From positions 72,427 through 136,426 of the forward strand of contig JACNGE010000014.1 in assembly GCA_014384285.1 (NCBI GenBank): a DNA stretch of 64,000 nt. The letters run 5' to 3'. The stretch's first letter is position 1. Every line of letters starts with the position of its first letter. The stretch is from Actinomycetota bacterium. Its GTDB lineage: Bacteria; Actinomycetota; Acidimicrobiia; Actinomarinales; Actinomarinaceae. The translations under genes were made by a program, and so were the position numbers. This document shows, piece after piece, positions 17,564 through 28,070 of the stretch. The notes beneath the pieces are model-generated. The model had not been told where the DNA came from. It made no database searches and saw only the letters and a list, made by a program, of their open reading frames with translations.

Positions 17564-18885
17564 ATATTTGGAAAGAGGTGCTCGGTGATTTACAAAAACA
17601 AATTCCAAATAGTGTTGAATGCGAACTAAAGATGATGCATTCTAAAAGTGCACTCACTAGGTTTGCAAATTCACATATCCATCAGAATGTCGACGAGGAG
17701 TCGGCAGATGTTTTTTTGACAATACATAAAGATGGTAAAACCATCTCTAGGTCAAAAAATATTACAGGAATAAAGAGTTCAAAAGAATTTGTAAAAGAAG
17801 CTCTTGATTCATTAGATGAAAGCCCCAAAGACACAACCTGGGCAGGACTTACAAGCAAGTCTGAATCATATGAAGGCTTTCAAGAATTGCATGAAGCAAA
17901 CCCAGAGGAAAGGGCAAATTTAGTAAGAGATTTTGTTAAAGAAGGCGAAGATATGAATGCTGCTGGATACTGCTCAACATATTTGAATAATTTTTTTATT
18001 TGGAATACAAATGGACTTAATTCATCTGATACATCTTCGAGTGCATTTATTGATGGAATATTTAGAACGGATACTTCGGCTGGATCATCCCACAGGGGAG
18101 CTGTAAATATAAATAATCTAGATGCCTCACAAACAGGAAAAGAAGCAGCGAAGCTAGCTGTTGATAGCCAAAATCCAATAGACATTGATCCAGGAAAGTA
18201 TGAAGTAATCCTTGGTCATGAGGCTGTAAGTACAATCTTGGTATTCTTATCTGTTTATGGGCTTAATGCAAAAAGTAAGATTGATGGAATGAGTCCAATA
18301 TTGCTAAATGAAAATCAGTTTGATGAAAAGATTAATCTAATCGACACACCAGAAGATAGTGAGTCTATTGGGTTTAAAATTGATGCGTCTGGTGCCAAGA
18401 AATATAATTTAGAAATTATTAAAAATGGTGTGCCGAGTACCTATTTTCACACTAGAAGGACATCTAAAGAGTTGAACATGGAAAATACACACCATGAATT
18501 TTTTGGAGTTGATGACTATTTCGGGGGGATAGGTACAAACTTGAACCTTGATAAAGGTAATGTAAGTCACAGCGACATGATTTCTAGTGTTAAAAAAGGA
18601 ATTTATATTAACGAATTTTGGTACTGCAGAGTACTAGATCCTATAACACAGGTTGTGACAGGCTTAAATCGAAATGGGTCATTTTTGATTGAAAATGGAA
18701 AAATTACAAAACCAATTGGTCGACTTAGATTTACTCAAAGCTTTATAAAATCTTTAAGTCCGGGAAATGTAATTTCTGTTGGAGATAAATCTAGATATGC
18801 TGACTCAGAATTTGGAGAAGGGATGTTAAAAGTTCCTAAATTACATCTAAAAGAATTTAATTTTACTGGCGGTGTTTCTGGTTAA
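17560..18885 (+). CDS. pmbA: TldD partner protein PmbA/TldE
   Basis: 441 aa second TldD/PmbA-family paralogue lacking the HExxxH motif. It lies immediately downstream of tldD with a 4-nt overlap. Confidence 0.7.
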   Translation: MNIWKEVLGDLQKQIPNSVECELKMMHSKSALTRFANSHIHQNVDEESADVFLTIHKDGKTISRSKNITGIKSSKEFVKEALDSLDESPKDTTWAGLTSKSESYEGFQELHEANPEERANLVRDFVKEGEDMNAAGYCSTYLNNFFIWNTNGLNSSDTSSSAFIDGIFRTDTSAGSSHRGAVNINNLDASQTGKEAAKLAVDSQNPIDIDPGKYEVILGHEAVSTILVFLSVYGLNAKSKIDGMSPILLNENQFDEKINLIDTPEDSESIGFKIDASGAKKYNLEIIKNGVPSTYFHTRRTSKELNMENTHHEFFGVDDYFGGIGTNLNLDKGNVSHSDMISSVKKGIYINEFWYCRVLDPITQVVTGLNRNGSFLIENGKITKPIGRLRFTQSFIKSLSPGNVISVGDKSRYADSEFGEGMLKVPKLHLKEFNFTGGVSG

Positions 18886-19651
18886 TTTTGAGTATTTTGA
18901 GGGTAATAAACCCTTAATAATACCGCACAGAGGCGGATCTAACATTGTGCCTGAAAATACAAAACATGGACTTGAATTCATATCAGAAGAAGGCTTTACA
19001 CATTTTGAAACAGATTTAAGAATGTCTAAAGATGGAGAAATATTCCTACATCATGACGACTCCTTTGATCGAACAACTGACGTCAAGGGTAAAGTAAGAG
19101 ATTTCAATTGGAATGATATCTCAAAAATAAATGCAGGATTCCAGTTTTATAAACAAAAGGGTTTTCATAATATGCAAACAAATTTTATACGTTTAGCTGA
19201 TGCTCTTGAGTTCAATAAAGATTTGAAGTTTAATTTAGATTTGAAACAATCTGGCATGGCTACGCATGTTGCTGAAATTATATTTTCATTAAAAGCAGAA
19301 AAGAGAGTATTAGTATCTTCTTTCAGCCCAAAACGACTTGATGAATTTTTGAATGTAACAAAAGGAAAAATTTTATCATCTGGAACCTTTAGGGAAAACG
19401 CTATTGGAAAGTTTTTACCAAACAAAGTTAGGAATCTTAAAGTTCAAGCTTTACAATCTCCATACACCTGGAGGGGCCTTCAGATTCATTCCAAAAAATT
19501 ATGGGAATTTTGCAAGTTAAATAACCTCCAACTTCATATATGGACTGTCAATACACTAGAAAAATTTCAACACTGCCTTGATATCGGCTGTGATGGAGTG
19601 ATAACGGACGAGCCAATAATGCTTAGAAATTACCTTAATTCGAAAAGTTAA
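18872..19651 (+). CDS. Glycerophosphodiester phosphodiesterase (GDPD family)
   Basis: 259 aa with the N-terminal LIIPHRGGS...ENT catalytic His/Arg/Glu block of GDPD enzymes. Confidence 0.75.
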   Translation: MFLVNFEYFEGNKPLIIPHRGGSNIVPENTKHGLEFISEEGFTHFETDLRMSKDGEIFLHHDDSFDRTTDVKGKVRDFNWNDISKINAGFQFYKQKGFHNMQTNFIRLADALEFNKDLKFNLDLKQSGMATHVAEIIFSLKAEKRVLVSSFSPKRLDEFLNVTKGKILSSGTFRENAIGKFLPNKVRNLKVQALQSPYTWRGLQIHSKKLWEFCKLNNLQLHIWTVNTLEKFQHCLDIGCDGVITDEPIMLRNYLNSKS

Positions 19652-21141
19652 ATTGTATTATTCTCAATAAATTTCTTTGCTTCTGAAAATATGTGTTTTT
19701 TTCTCACTGGGTCAAGCCTGTCTAATGAGCGAGTCAAAAGTGACAATCTTGGATTAGATTGGTAAAAGTCTCTATTTTTTTCTGTGAAGCTCCAGTAAAG
19801 CCCATCTAGTGTGTCACACCAATCACCTCTTTTATAATCACTCATCTTGAGAATATAGTTTGAACCACATGTATAAGGCTTTGTTGACATTAGCCCTCCG
19901 TCAGCATAAGTTGCCATGCCAAACACATTTGGTACCATAACCCATTCTGAGGAGTCAATATACATTTCCATGAACCATTTGTAAATTTCTCTAGGATTCA
20001 CACCACAAAGATTCATGATATTGCTTATAACCATAAGTCTTGGGATATGGTGTATGTACCCATCTTCAAGTGTGGTTTTGATGCAATCATCAAGTGGGAC
20101 AATTCCTGTTGTTCCGTCATACCACGATGAGGCCAGCTTTTTCTTATTACCCCAATAGTTACTGTTTAACTGATTAAGACCTTCCTCTTGGTAGATACCC
20201 CTCACAAATTCTCTCCACCCAATAATCTGACGAATAAAACCCTCAAGTGAATTTAGAGGAATTGAGTTTTTATCTGCATACTGAACAGCTTTATCGATGA
20301 CTTCTGTTGGTGTAATTAAACCAATATTAAGAAATGGACTAATACAGCTATGGAATAAAAAATTTTGCTCTTGTTGCATCGCATCTTCATATCTTCCAAA
20401 ATTCTCAAATCTACTTTTTAAAAACTCATCAAGCTGTTTCAATGCGCCTTTTCGAGTTACAGGGAACCATATTTTTTCTAAACTGCCTGGATGATCGTTA
20501 AACTTAGTAGATATTATTTGCTTAACACTTTTATGGTGGCTTGACACCTCAGGTTGGAGTAGCTCAGGGATAATTGTATTTTTAGGAATTTTTTTTCTAT
20601 TTTCCTCATCAAATGACCATTTTCCTCCTACGGGCTTATTTTCTTTATCCACCAATAGTCCAAGTTCTTTTCTAGCTTTTTGATAAAAAGATGCCATCCT
20701 ATATACTTTTTTCCCTTTAGCCATAGCTTTAAAGCTATCTCTATCGAATATGAACATAGGAGTTTTGTATATTTCAATATCTATATCTGCTTTTGATATA
20801 GTGTCAAGAAATACTTTTTCAAAAGACTTATCTTCAATTTCAAATATATTTATTTTTTTAATATTTTTTGAAGCAAGGAATTTAAGTAAAAAAGATATAT
20901 AATCATCTGAGTCATCTCGTTGATCAAGTTTGTAATAGTTGGTTTTTATTGATTTTTTAATAAGTTCATTGTTATATTCCCGCATTGCAGCTAAAAATAA
21001 GTAAATTTTGGATTTATGGTATTTGAAAGTAGTACACAATCCTTGATCTTCAGCCATAAATACTTCATGACATCCATTTTGAATCAAATAATCTGGTTCA
21101 AATAGCTGATTTCCTAGTATTACAAAAAAATTACTCTGCAT
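19648..21141 (-). CDS. Cryptochrome/photolyase family protein (FeS-BCP / COG3046, photolyase-related)
   Basis: 497 aa. The C-terminal FAD-binding region has the WREF motif (RQIIGWREFVRGIY) and several Cys residues (CGVN, TCGS, DWCD) consistent with FeS-BCP proteins. Confidence 0.65.
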   Translation of the reverse strand: MQSNFFVILGNQLFEPDYLIQNGCHEVFMAEDQGLCTTFKYHKSKIYLFLAAMREYNNELIKKSIKTNYYKLDQRDDSDDYISFLLKFLASKNIKKINIFEIEDKSFEKVFLDTISKADIDIEIYKTPMFIFDRDSFKAMAKGKKVYRMASFYQKARKELGLLVDKENKPVGGKWSFDEENRKKIPKNTIIPELLQPEVSSHHKSVKQIISTKFNDHPGSLEKIWFPVTRKGALKQLDEFLKSRFENFGRYEDAMQQEQNFLFHSCISPFLNIGLITPTEVIDKAVQYADKNSIPLNSLEGFIRQIIGWREFVRGIYQEEGLNQLNSNYWGNKKKLASSWYDGTTGIVPLDDCIKTTLEDGYIHHIPRLMVISNIMNLCGVNPREIYKWFMEMYIDSSEWVMVPNVFGMATYADGGLMSTKPYTCGSNYILKMSDYKRGDWCDTLDGLYWSFTEKNRDFYQSNPRLSLLTRSLDRLDPVRKKHIFSEAKKFIENNTI

Positions 21142-21155
21142 CTATCTATAACTTA

Positions 21156-21197
21156 GTTAACATTAAAAATAATAAGAAAGTACATTTTAATGTAAAC
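21156..21197. promoter_or_regulatory. 13-bp imperfect inverted repeat (GTTAACATTAAAA-N16-TTTTAATGTAAAC) in the divergent photolyase/IDO promoter region
   Basis: 12 of 13 positions are complementary between the arms. It is centred in the 68-bp intergenic region between divergent genes and overlaps a TTTAAT -10-like hexamer for the IDO gene. Confidence 0.45.
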
Positions 21198-21209
21198 ATA
21201 GGGGGGACA

Positions 21210-22328
21210 ATGAACTTAGAATTACTTAATCGTGGATTTATTCCTGAAGAAATTTGCTTAAACCTTCCTGACACATTCTCAGACGTCGAGCAGCTAGCAT
21301 TAGAGCTGCCTAAAGTCTTAGCTAATGAACAAATCGAAAGCAGAGTTTTACGACTTGAGGTTGAAAAAAATGTCGATGATTTAACAGTACCTCAACTAGA
21401 GAGGGCAATGCTGGTCTATTCGTACATCGGCCATGCTTTTATGTGGGGAAAAAAGAATGATTTAAATGTAATACCACCTCAGATTGCTAAAACATGGCAT
21501 AAAATTTCAACAAAATTAGAGAGACCACCCATTCTTTCTTATGCATCCTATGCACTGAACAATTGGAAAATGCTTGACTCTTCCCAACCGTTCGATCTAG
21601 AAAATATAGTTATAGTACAGAATTTCTTAGGTGGTGTTGATGAAGATTGGTTCATCATGATTCATGTAGCGATAGAATACGAGGCGAAAGAAATATTATC
21701 AGCACTAAAAAAATATTTTTTTGACTCTGGTGTGGCTACAGATCTCGAGGACGCCTTGCAAAGTATAAAAAAAATTAACCATACTATGAATCGAATGCCT
21801 GAAAAGTGTGACCCTTTCATTTACTACAACCGCGTAAGACCATATATCTTCGGATGGAAGAACAACCCAACAACACCTGAGGGAGTTATTTACGAAGGAG
21901 TTGATGAATATGATGGGAAGCCGCAGATATTTAGAGGGGAAACAGGAGCTCAAAGTTCAATTGTCCCAATGTTAGATGCTTTATTAGGGGTGACTCACTC
22001 TGATGATCCATTAAAAGAATATCTTGATGAAATGAGGCTATACATGCCCAAAGAACATAGAGATTTATTAAATGAATTAGATTCTTGGTCACAAACTGAG
22101 AGAAGTGCAACACTTGATTCAATAAGCAACGAAGATAAAAATCTAATAGACGAAATTATTAAAGAGGTTCATATATTTAGAAGTAAGCATTTGGAGTATG
22201 CGAGAATTTACATTTATGAACAGTCACTAACTAATGATTCAAATTCAAATATTGTTGGAACTGGTGGCACACCGTTCATGAAATATCTTGATAAACACCT
22301 TCAGGAGACAGTCCCTACGAATGATTAA
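21210..22328 (+). CDS. Indoleamine 2,3-dioxygenase (IDO) family heme dioxygenase homologue
   Basis: 372 aa. It carries the IDO signature blocks FRGETGAQSSIVPMLDALLGV (compare human IDO1 GGSAGQSSVFQCFDVLLGI), SKHLEYARIYI (proximal His region) and GTGGTPFMKYL (compare GTGGTDLMNFL). Confidence 0.65.
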   Translation: MNLELLNRGFIPEEICLNLPDTFSDVEQLALELPKVLANEQIESRVLRLEVEKNVDDLTVPQLERAMLVYSYIGHAFMWGKKNDLNVIPPQIAKTWHKISTKLERPPILSYASYALNNWKMLDSSQPFDLENIVIVQNFLGGVDEDWFIMIHVAIEYEAKEILSALKKYFFDSGVATDLEDALQSIKKINHTMNRMPEKCDPFIYYNRVRPYIFGWKNNPTTPEGVIYEGVDEYDGKPQIFRGETGAQSSIVPMLDALLGVTHSDDPLKEYLDEMRLYMPKEHRDLLNELDSWSQTERSATLDSISNEDKNLIDEIIKEVHIFRSKHLEYARIYIYEQSLTNDSNSNIVGTGGTPFMKYLDKHLQETVPTND

Positions 22329-23424
22329 AAAACTCGGCATCCCAAAAGAAGTTAAAAAAGATGAGGGAAGAGTTAGTTTAATTCCTGAACATATAACTCA
22401 ATTTACTGGTTTGGCTGATATTTTTGTAGAAACAAATGCTGGGCTAGGTTCAGGTTTCACCGACGAAGATTACCAATCTGCGGGTGCAAAAATTGTACCC
22501 ACAGCACAGGAGCTATATGATATTTCAGAAATTATTTGTAAGGTAAAAGAACCTCAGGAACAAGAATACGAACTCCTCACGTCCTCACATGTAATATTTG
22601 GTTATCTTCATTTAGCTTCAAATCTTTCACTAACAAAAATGTTATTAGAAAAAAAGCTGACAGCTATTGCGACTGAAATGATAATGGACGAAAATGAGTA
22701 TCCATTGTTAATACCAATGTCAAAAATCGCTGGCAACCTAGCTATCCAAAAAGGTATGCAATTTTTAGAGTATTCATCTGAAGGTAAGGGCCTGCTTTTG
22801 TCTTCAATTTCAGATGAAAGGAATTCAAAAGTTACAGTTATTGGTTGTGGAGAAGTTGGTAGAAGTTCTATTCACAAGTCTGTTCAAATTGGTGCATCAG
22901 TAACAGCAATTGATGTAAACGAAAATATTTTGAATGAATTAAAAAATAAATATGGGGAAGATATCTCCACCCATATAAGTGGAAGTGATGATGCCATCGC
23001 TGCAATTAGAACTGCAGATTTAGTAGTTGGTGCAGTCTTATTACCAGGCAGGAAGCCACCTATCGTAATTACGCAAGAGGACATCAACCAAATGGAAAAA
23101 GGATCTGTAATTATTGACGTAGCTATTGATCAGGGTGGTTGTGTTGAAGGAGTAACTGCAAATACACATAGTGAACCATTTGAAATCAGAAATGGTGTAA
23201 TAGTATCTGCTATTGCAAATCTCCCAGGTGCAGTACCTAAAACTTCATCCATTGAGTTATCTACAAATATGCAAAAATTTGTAGACTATCTCTTAATTGA
23301 AAATTGGTTTGAGGAATACAATAAAAATCAAAATCTCAAACCGTCTTTACAGATACATAATGGTCTTTTACTTTCAGAAGAGGTTGCAGAAAGCCTAAGT
23401 TTATCTTTGTCTAAACTAGTTTAG
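22321..23424 (+). CDS. ald: Alanine dehydrogenase
   Basis: AlaDH/PNT family with an N-terminal MIKKLGIPKEVKKDEGRVSLIPEH and a GCGEVG NAD(H) Rossmann motif. ATG 22321 overlaps the upstream stop (ATGATTAA). The ORF-track start at 22288 is probably too far upstream. Confidence 0.9.
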   Translation: MIKKLGIPKEVKKDEGRVSLIPEHITQFTGLADIFVETNAGLGSGFTDEDYQSAGAKIVPTAQELYDISEIICKVKEPQEQEYELLTSSHVIFGYLHLASNLSLTKMLLEKKLTAIATEMIMDENEYPLLIPMSKIAGNLAIQKGMQFLEYSSEGKGLLLSSISDERNSKVTVIGCGEVGRSSIHKSVQIGASVTAIDVNENILNELKNKYGEDISTHISGSDDAIAAIRTADLVVGAVLLPGRKPPIVITQEDINQMEKGSVIIDVAIDQGGCVEGVTANTHSEPFEIRNGVIVSAIANLPGAVPKTSSIELSTNMQKFVDYLLIENWFEEYNKNQNLKPSLQIHNGLLLSEEVAESLSLSLSKLV

Positions 23425-23998
23425 GCTTCCACTGTTTTCTTGATTGACTGAAGCTTTCTATTTGATCTACATATCCAAAAGTGATATCAATTTTGTCTAA
23501 ACCTTCAATGATTCTTTTTTGAGAAAAATCATCTAAACTGAATGAAAAGCTAATTTCATCACAGACAACTTTCTTCTCTTCAATTGAAATTTGGATTGTT
23601 GTATTTGGATCTGCATAGATTTTATTGAACAAAGCTTCCACATTGTCTTGACTAGTCTCAACCGGTACAAGACCTATATTAATTGAATTTAATCTAAAAA
23701 TATCTGCAAATTTAGTTGAGATAATTGCATCGAAGCCCCAGTCTTGAAGACCCCAGGGCGCATGTTCTCGGGATGAACCTGTCCCAAAATTATCTCCAGC
23801 TACTAAAACCTTTGCACCCTTATAGCTTTCATTATTTAATGGAAAGTCAGGATCTTTCTTCCAGTCATAAAATAAATACTCTCCATAACCAGATCGCTCC
23901 ACTCGTTTTAGGAACTGTTTTGGCATAATTTGATCTGTATCCACATTAGACATATTTAATGGGAGCATGGTTGAATTTATTGTTTTTAGTTTTTTCAT
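23411..23998 (-). CDS. leuD: 3-isopropylmalate dehydratase small subunit
   Basis: 195 aa aconitase swivel-domain protein, immediately downstream of leuC. Confidence 0.9.
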   Translation of the reverse strand: MKKLKTINSTMLPLNMSNVDTDQIMPKQFLKRVERSGYGEYLFYDWKKDPDFPLNNESYKGAKVLVAGDNFGTGSSREHAPWGLQDWGFDAIISTKFADIFRLNSINIGLVPVETSQDNVEALFNKIYADPNTTIQISIEEKKVVCDEISFSFSLDDFSQKRIIEGLDKIDITFGYVDQIESFSQSRKQWKPKLV

Positions 23999-23999
23999 T

Positions 24000-25397
24000 T
24001 TATATATCTCTTATATCCACAAATTTTCCATGCAATGCAGCAGCTGCAGCCATTTTTGGACTTACTAAATGGGTACGACCTCCTACACCTTGCCTACCTT
24101 CATAGTTTCTATTTGATGTAGAGGCACACCTTTCTCCGGGACTTAGAATGTCAGGGTTCATTCCAAGACACATAGAGCAACCAGCTTCCCTCCAATCAAA
24201 CCCAGCTTCAGTAAATATCCTATCTAGGCCTTCCTCCTCTGCTTGTTTTTTAACAAGTGTTGAACCGGGAACAATCATTGCATCGATTGTTTGAGCAACT
24301 TTTTTCCCTTCTACAATTTCTGCTGCTTCTCTCAAGTCTTCAATACGTCCATTTGTACAACTACCTATAAAAACTCTATCTAATTTAATTTCACTAATTT
24401 TTTCTCCAGGTTTTAAGTCCATATATTCCAAGGCCCTTGTTGCAGCCTCTTTTTCAGACTCTTTTTCAAAATCATCTGGATGGGGAATAGTGTCGTTTAC
24501 AAAAATTACCTGTGAGGGATTTGTCCCCCAAGATATTGATGGCTCTATTTCGGCAGCGTTTATGGTTACTACTTTGTCAAAAGTTGTACTTTCATCAGAA
24601 TACAATTCTTTCCATTCTGCAATTGCATCATCCCAGTCATTATCTTTAGGCGCATAATTTTTTTTCTTTAAGTAATCAAAAGTTACTTCATCAGGAGCAA
24701 TCATTCCAGCCCTTGCACCACCTTCAATTGACATGTTACAAATGGTCATTCTATTTTCCATACTCATACTTTTAATGACTTCGCCCGAATATTCAATAAC
24801 ATGACCAGCACCACCACCTGTACCAATTTTCCTAATTATTCCTAAAATGATATCTTTGGGACCCACTCCATTGGAAACATTTCCAATGACTTCAACTTTC
24901 ATTGTTTTTGGTTTTTCCATTGCTAAAGTCTGCGTAGCAAGGACATGTTCTACCTCTGAAGTGCCTATACCAAAAGCCAATGCTCCAAAGGCTCCGTGAG
25001 TAGCTGTATGGCTATCTCCACATACGATTGTCATTCCTGGTTGGGTTATTCCTTGTTCTGGTCCTATAACATGTACGATTCCTTGACGCGGATCATTAAT
25101 ACCAAATAATGTAACTCCAAATTCCTCACAATTATTTTCTAAAGCTTCAATCTGGATTTTAGAGAGAGGATCTTTTATTCCCAGTAGCCTATTTGAAGTT
25201 GGGACACCATGGTCTACTGTTGCAAGAGTCATTTCAGGATGTTTAACTTTTCTACCAGCAAGCCTCAAGCTATCAAACGCTTGAGGTGATGTTACTTCAT
25301 GTACAAGATGTAAATCTATGAAGACTAAATTTGTACTCTTATCTATAGACGCAACTAAGTGTCTATCCCAGATTTTTTCAAATAATGTTTTTCCCAT
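24000..25397 (-). CDS. leuC: 3-isopropylmalate dehydratase large subunit
   Basis: 465 aa aconitase-family catalytic domain with Fe-S ligand Cys residues (CGDSHT..., [15 protein letters not shown]). Confidence 0.95.
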   Translation of the reverse strand: MGKTLFEKIWDRHLVASIDKSTNLVFIDLHLVHEVTSPQAFDSLRLAGRKVKHPEMTLATVDHGVPTSNRLLGIKDPLSKIQIEALENNCEEFGVTLFGINDPRQGIVHVIGPEQGITQPGMTIVCGDSHTATHGAFGALAFGIGTSEVEHVLATQTLAMEKPKTMKVEVIGNVSNGVGPKDIILGIIRKIGTGGGAGHVIEYSGEVIKSMSMENRMTICNMSIEGGARAGMIAPDEVTFDYLKKKNYAPKDNDWDDAIAEWKELYSDESTTFDKVVTINAAEIEPSISWGTNPSQVIFVNDTIPHPDDFEKESEKEAATRALEYMDLKPGEKISEIKLDRVFIGSCTNGRIEDLREAAEIVEGKKVAQTIDAMIVPGSTLVKKQAEEEGLDRIFTEAGFDWREAGCSMCLGMNPDILSPGERCASTSNRNYEGRQGVGGRTHLVSPKMAAAAALHGKFVDIRDI

Positions 25398-25429
25398 TTC
25401 AGATATAAATTATATAATTTTTTCTGCAT

Positions 25430-26731
25430 TTAATCCATAGTGATGTTTTTTGTTTTATTGATTAATTTTTGAGATAAAAGTTTAGGTGCGGTCAAAAAAA
25501 GAATAAACATGAATATTCCACAAATTAGAAAAGGAAATCTTAATGCAAATTCTCTGGAAAAAGAATTTTCCATTATTTTTACTACAAAACCACCAAATAA
25601 GGCCCCTAGAGGGGTTAATCCAAGGGCTAGCAATCTATAAACACTGTTAACTCTACCCATTAATTTATCTGGAATTAGAGCCTGTCTTATTGATACCGCT
25701 TGAACATTCCAAAGAACACTTCCAAAGCTTGTAACTCCAAAAGCAGCAGCCACAACAAAAGAATTCGAAGTGATAAAAGGTACAAAGCCCCCTATTCCAA
25801 ATAAAGCGATTGAAATTAGTAATGTTTTAGATTCTTCTAACCTTTTGTTAATTTTTTCAGCAAGAAGGCTTCCTACAAAACCTCCAACAGCTCCACCATA
25901 TGCCAAAAAAGCAAATTGAACAGAATCCAACCCCAGTATCTCTTGACCAAATAAAATCATTATTGGAAACTGCATTGAACCAAAGAAGTTTGCAATTCCA
26001 GTATAAATTGCAAGACGACGAAGAAGAATTTGATTACTTAACCAACTAACCCCTTCCTTAATTAGATTAATTGTTTTTTGGTTGTCAATATCCTTTTTGG
26101 GTCTATCAAAATCACCTTTTATTGCAGTAATAAAGAAAACAGACAAAAGCAATAGAAGTGTATCGAAAATAAACGGGGTAACTAAACTAAGACCAATTAA
26201 AAAACCTGCAATTGGTGCGCCTAGAAAATTATTCGCAACCAACTCAATACCAAACAGTCTTCCATTTGATTTAGGTAAATCATCTTTTGAAACAACTTGA
26301 GGTAAAAAAGATTGGGCAGCGTTATCTCTTGTAACCTCGAGCATTCCAAAAATAAATGCACCAATATAGAAAGCTGTTATTAATAAGAATTTTCTGTTGA
26401 ACTCTGGCTCAACAATCGGCACATTTTTTGGAATGAAATCTAAGTTAAAATAAATAAGAAATATAAATGACGAAGTAAGTAGCACTTGAAAAATTCTTGA
26501 AAAAATTAAGATACTTTTTCTATTGAACTTATCTGCAATTACACCTGCAAACAAAACAAATATCAACTGTGGAAGTGTTACTAAAACTGTCATTAAAGAA
26601 ATTAATAATGGATCTCGAGTTATTAGTGAAAAAAGCCAAGGGTATGCAAAACCAGCTATTCCATCAGCTAAATTACTAAATGCCGAAGCAGTTAAAAGTA
26701 AATTAAAATTTTTTTTTGATTCTTTTTTCAT
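25430..26731 (-). CDS. MFS transporter
   Basis: 433 aa with 12 predicted TM helices and the MFS fold pattern. Confidence 0.7.
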   Translation of the reverse strand: MKKESKKNFNLLLTASAFSNLADGIAGFAYPWLFSLITRDPLLISLMTVLVTLPQLIFVLFAGVIADKFNRKSILIFSRIFQVLLTSSFIFLIYFNLDFIPKNVPIVEPEFNRKFLLITAFYIGAFIFGMLEVTRDNAAQSFLPQVVSKDDLPKSNGRLFGIELVANNFLGAPIAGFLIGLSLVTPFIFDTLLLLLSVFFITAIKGDFDRPKKDIDNQKTINLIKEGVSWLSNQILLRRLAIYTGIANFFGSMQFPIMILFGQEILGLDSVQFAFLAYGGAVGGFVGSLLAEKINKRLEESKTLLISIALFGIGGFVPFITSNSFVVAAAFGVTSFGSVLWNVQAVSIRQALIPDKLMGRVNSVYRLLALGLTPLGALFGGFVVKIMENSFSREFALRFPFLICGIFMFILFLTAPKLLSQKLINKTKNITMD

Positions 26732-26779
26732 TTTTTAATTTATTATCATTTAATCTCTGCTCATTTAGAATAAAACACT

Positions 26780-28006
26780 ATGGAAATAATAATTGAAAAA
26801 TTTTTAGAAATAGCAGTCATCTTAGTTGCAGCGAAGTTTGGAGCTGAAATCATGCGAAGGGTAAACCAACCTGCAGTAATAGGTGAACTAGTTGTTGGAA
26901 TTATTATTGGCTATTACGGACTTGGCCTTTTACCTCATTTTGAATCTGGTGATGTTGTTTCGACCCTAGCTGAAATTGGAGTTGTACTTTTATTATTTGA
27001 AGTTGGTCTTGAAACTAATCTAGATGAATTCATTGAGCTTGGATCCACCTCTCTAGTTGTTGCATTCATTGGTGTAGTTGCACCATTTGCACTAGGATTC
27101 GGTTCTATTTATGCACTTGGTTTAGGCGGAGAAAATCAATTTGAAATTGCTTTATTTGTAGGTGCCGCAATGACTGCAACTTCTGTAGGAATAACTGCAA
27201 GGGTATTCGGTGACTTAGGGGCTTTAAAATCTAAAGAGGCAAAGACGATAATAGGTGCGGCAGTAGTTGACGATATTCTAGGATTATTAATACTAACTGT
27301 TGTGGCAGGAGTTTTAGGAAGTTCAGGTGACTTTTCATTAGTAGATCTTGGAGTCATTAGCAGTAAAGCAATAGGGTTTTTAATTGCTGTGGTTTTCGTT
27401 GGAAGGAAGCTATCTAAACCTATTTTTAACTTTTTTGTAAAAATACCATCACCTGGAACATTTGTTACTGGAAGCTTTATATTTGCAATGCTACTTGGTG
27501 CTGCTGCGCACTTTGTTGGACTACACCCAATAGTTGGTGCATTCGCTGGTGGTGTTGTTGCTGGAGAGTCAGGAATGACTCATAGAATTAGAGAAGAAAT
27601 GAAACCATTAAATTTCTTGCTTGTACCAATATTTTTTGTTTACATCGGTTCTGAGGTCAACATTCAAACCCTAGCTTCGTTAGATGTTTTTTTATACGGT
27701 ATGTTGGTTAGTTTATTAGCTTTTGTCGGGAAATATGTTTCTGCATTGGGTGCTGTAGGCAAAGGCATGAACACATCTCTTATCGGGATTGGAATGTCAC
27801 CAAGAGGAGAAGTTGGATTAATTTTTGTTGCTGTGGCTACAACAACACTTTCAGATGTGATTACATCAGATATTATCTCGATAATTATTTGGATGGTAAT
27901 AACAACAACAGTTATAGCTCCTATTTTATTAAATAGAATTTTACAAAAGGTACCTTTATCTGAAAGAGATGATGATGAAAGATTCGAATCCCCTGTAGTT
28001 GAATAG
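26780..28006 (+). CDS. Cation:proton antiporter (CPA family Na+/H+ or K+/H+ exchanger)
   Basis: 408 aa polytopic protein with an N-terminus typical of NapA/KefB-like CPA2 exchangers (LLFEVGLE...). Confidence 0.75.
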   Translation: MEIIIEKFLEIAVILVAAKFGAEIMRRVNQPAVIGELVVGIIIGYYGLGLLPHFESGDVVSTLAEIGVVLLLFEVGLETNLDEFIELGSTSLVVAFIGVVAPFALGFGSIYALGLGGENQFEIALFVGAAMTATSVGITARVFGDLGALKSKEAKTIIGAAVVDDILGLLILTVVAGVLGSSGDFSLVDLGVISSKAIGFLIAVVFVGRKLSKPIFNFFVKIPSPGTFVTGSFIFAMLLGAAAHFVGLHPIVGAFAGGVVAGESGMTHRIREEMKPLNFLLVPIFFVYIGSEVNIQTLASLDVFLYGMLVSLLAFVGKYVSALGAVGKGMNTSLIGIGMSPRGEVGLIFVAVATTTLSDVITSDIISIIIWMVITTTVIAPILLNRILQKVPLSERDDDERFESPVVE

Positions 28007-28041
28007 TAAAAACACTCCAATAAATTAGATTTTTACTATCA

Positions 28042-28058
28042 TATTATGAGTCATAATA
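28042..28058. promoter_or_regulatory. Perfect 17-bp palindrome TATTATGA-G-TCATAATA immediately upstream of the hppA ribosome-binding site
   Basis: Each 8-bp arm is the exact reverse complement of the other. It lies 13 nt before the ATG and resembles an extended -10 element in both orientations. Confidence 0.4.
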
Positions 28059-28070
28059 AGGGGAAAATAA

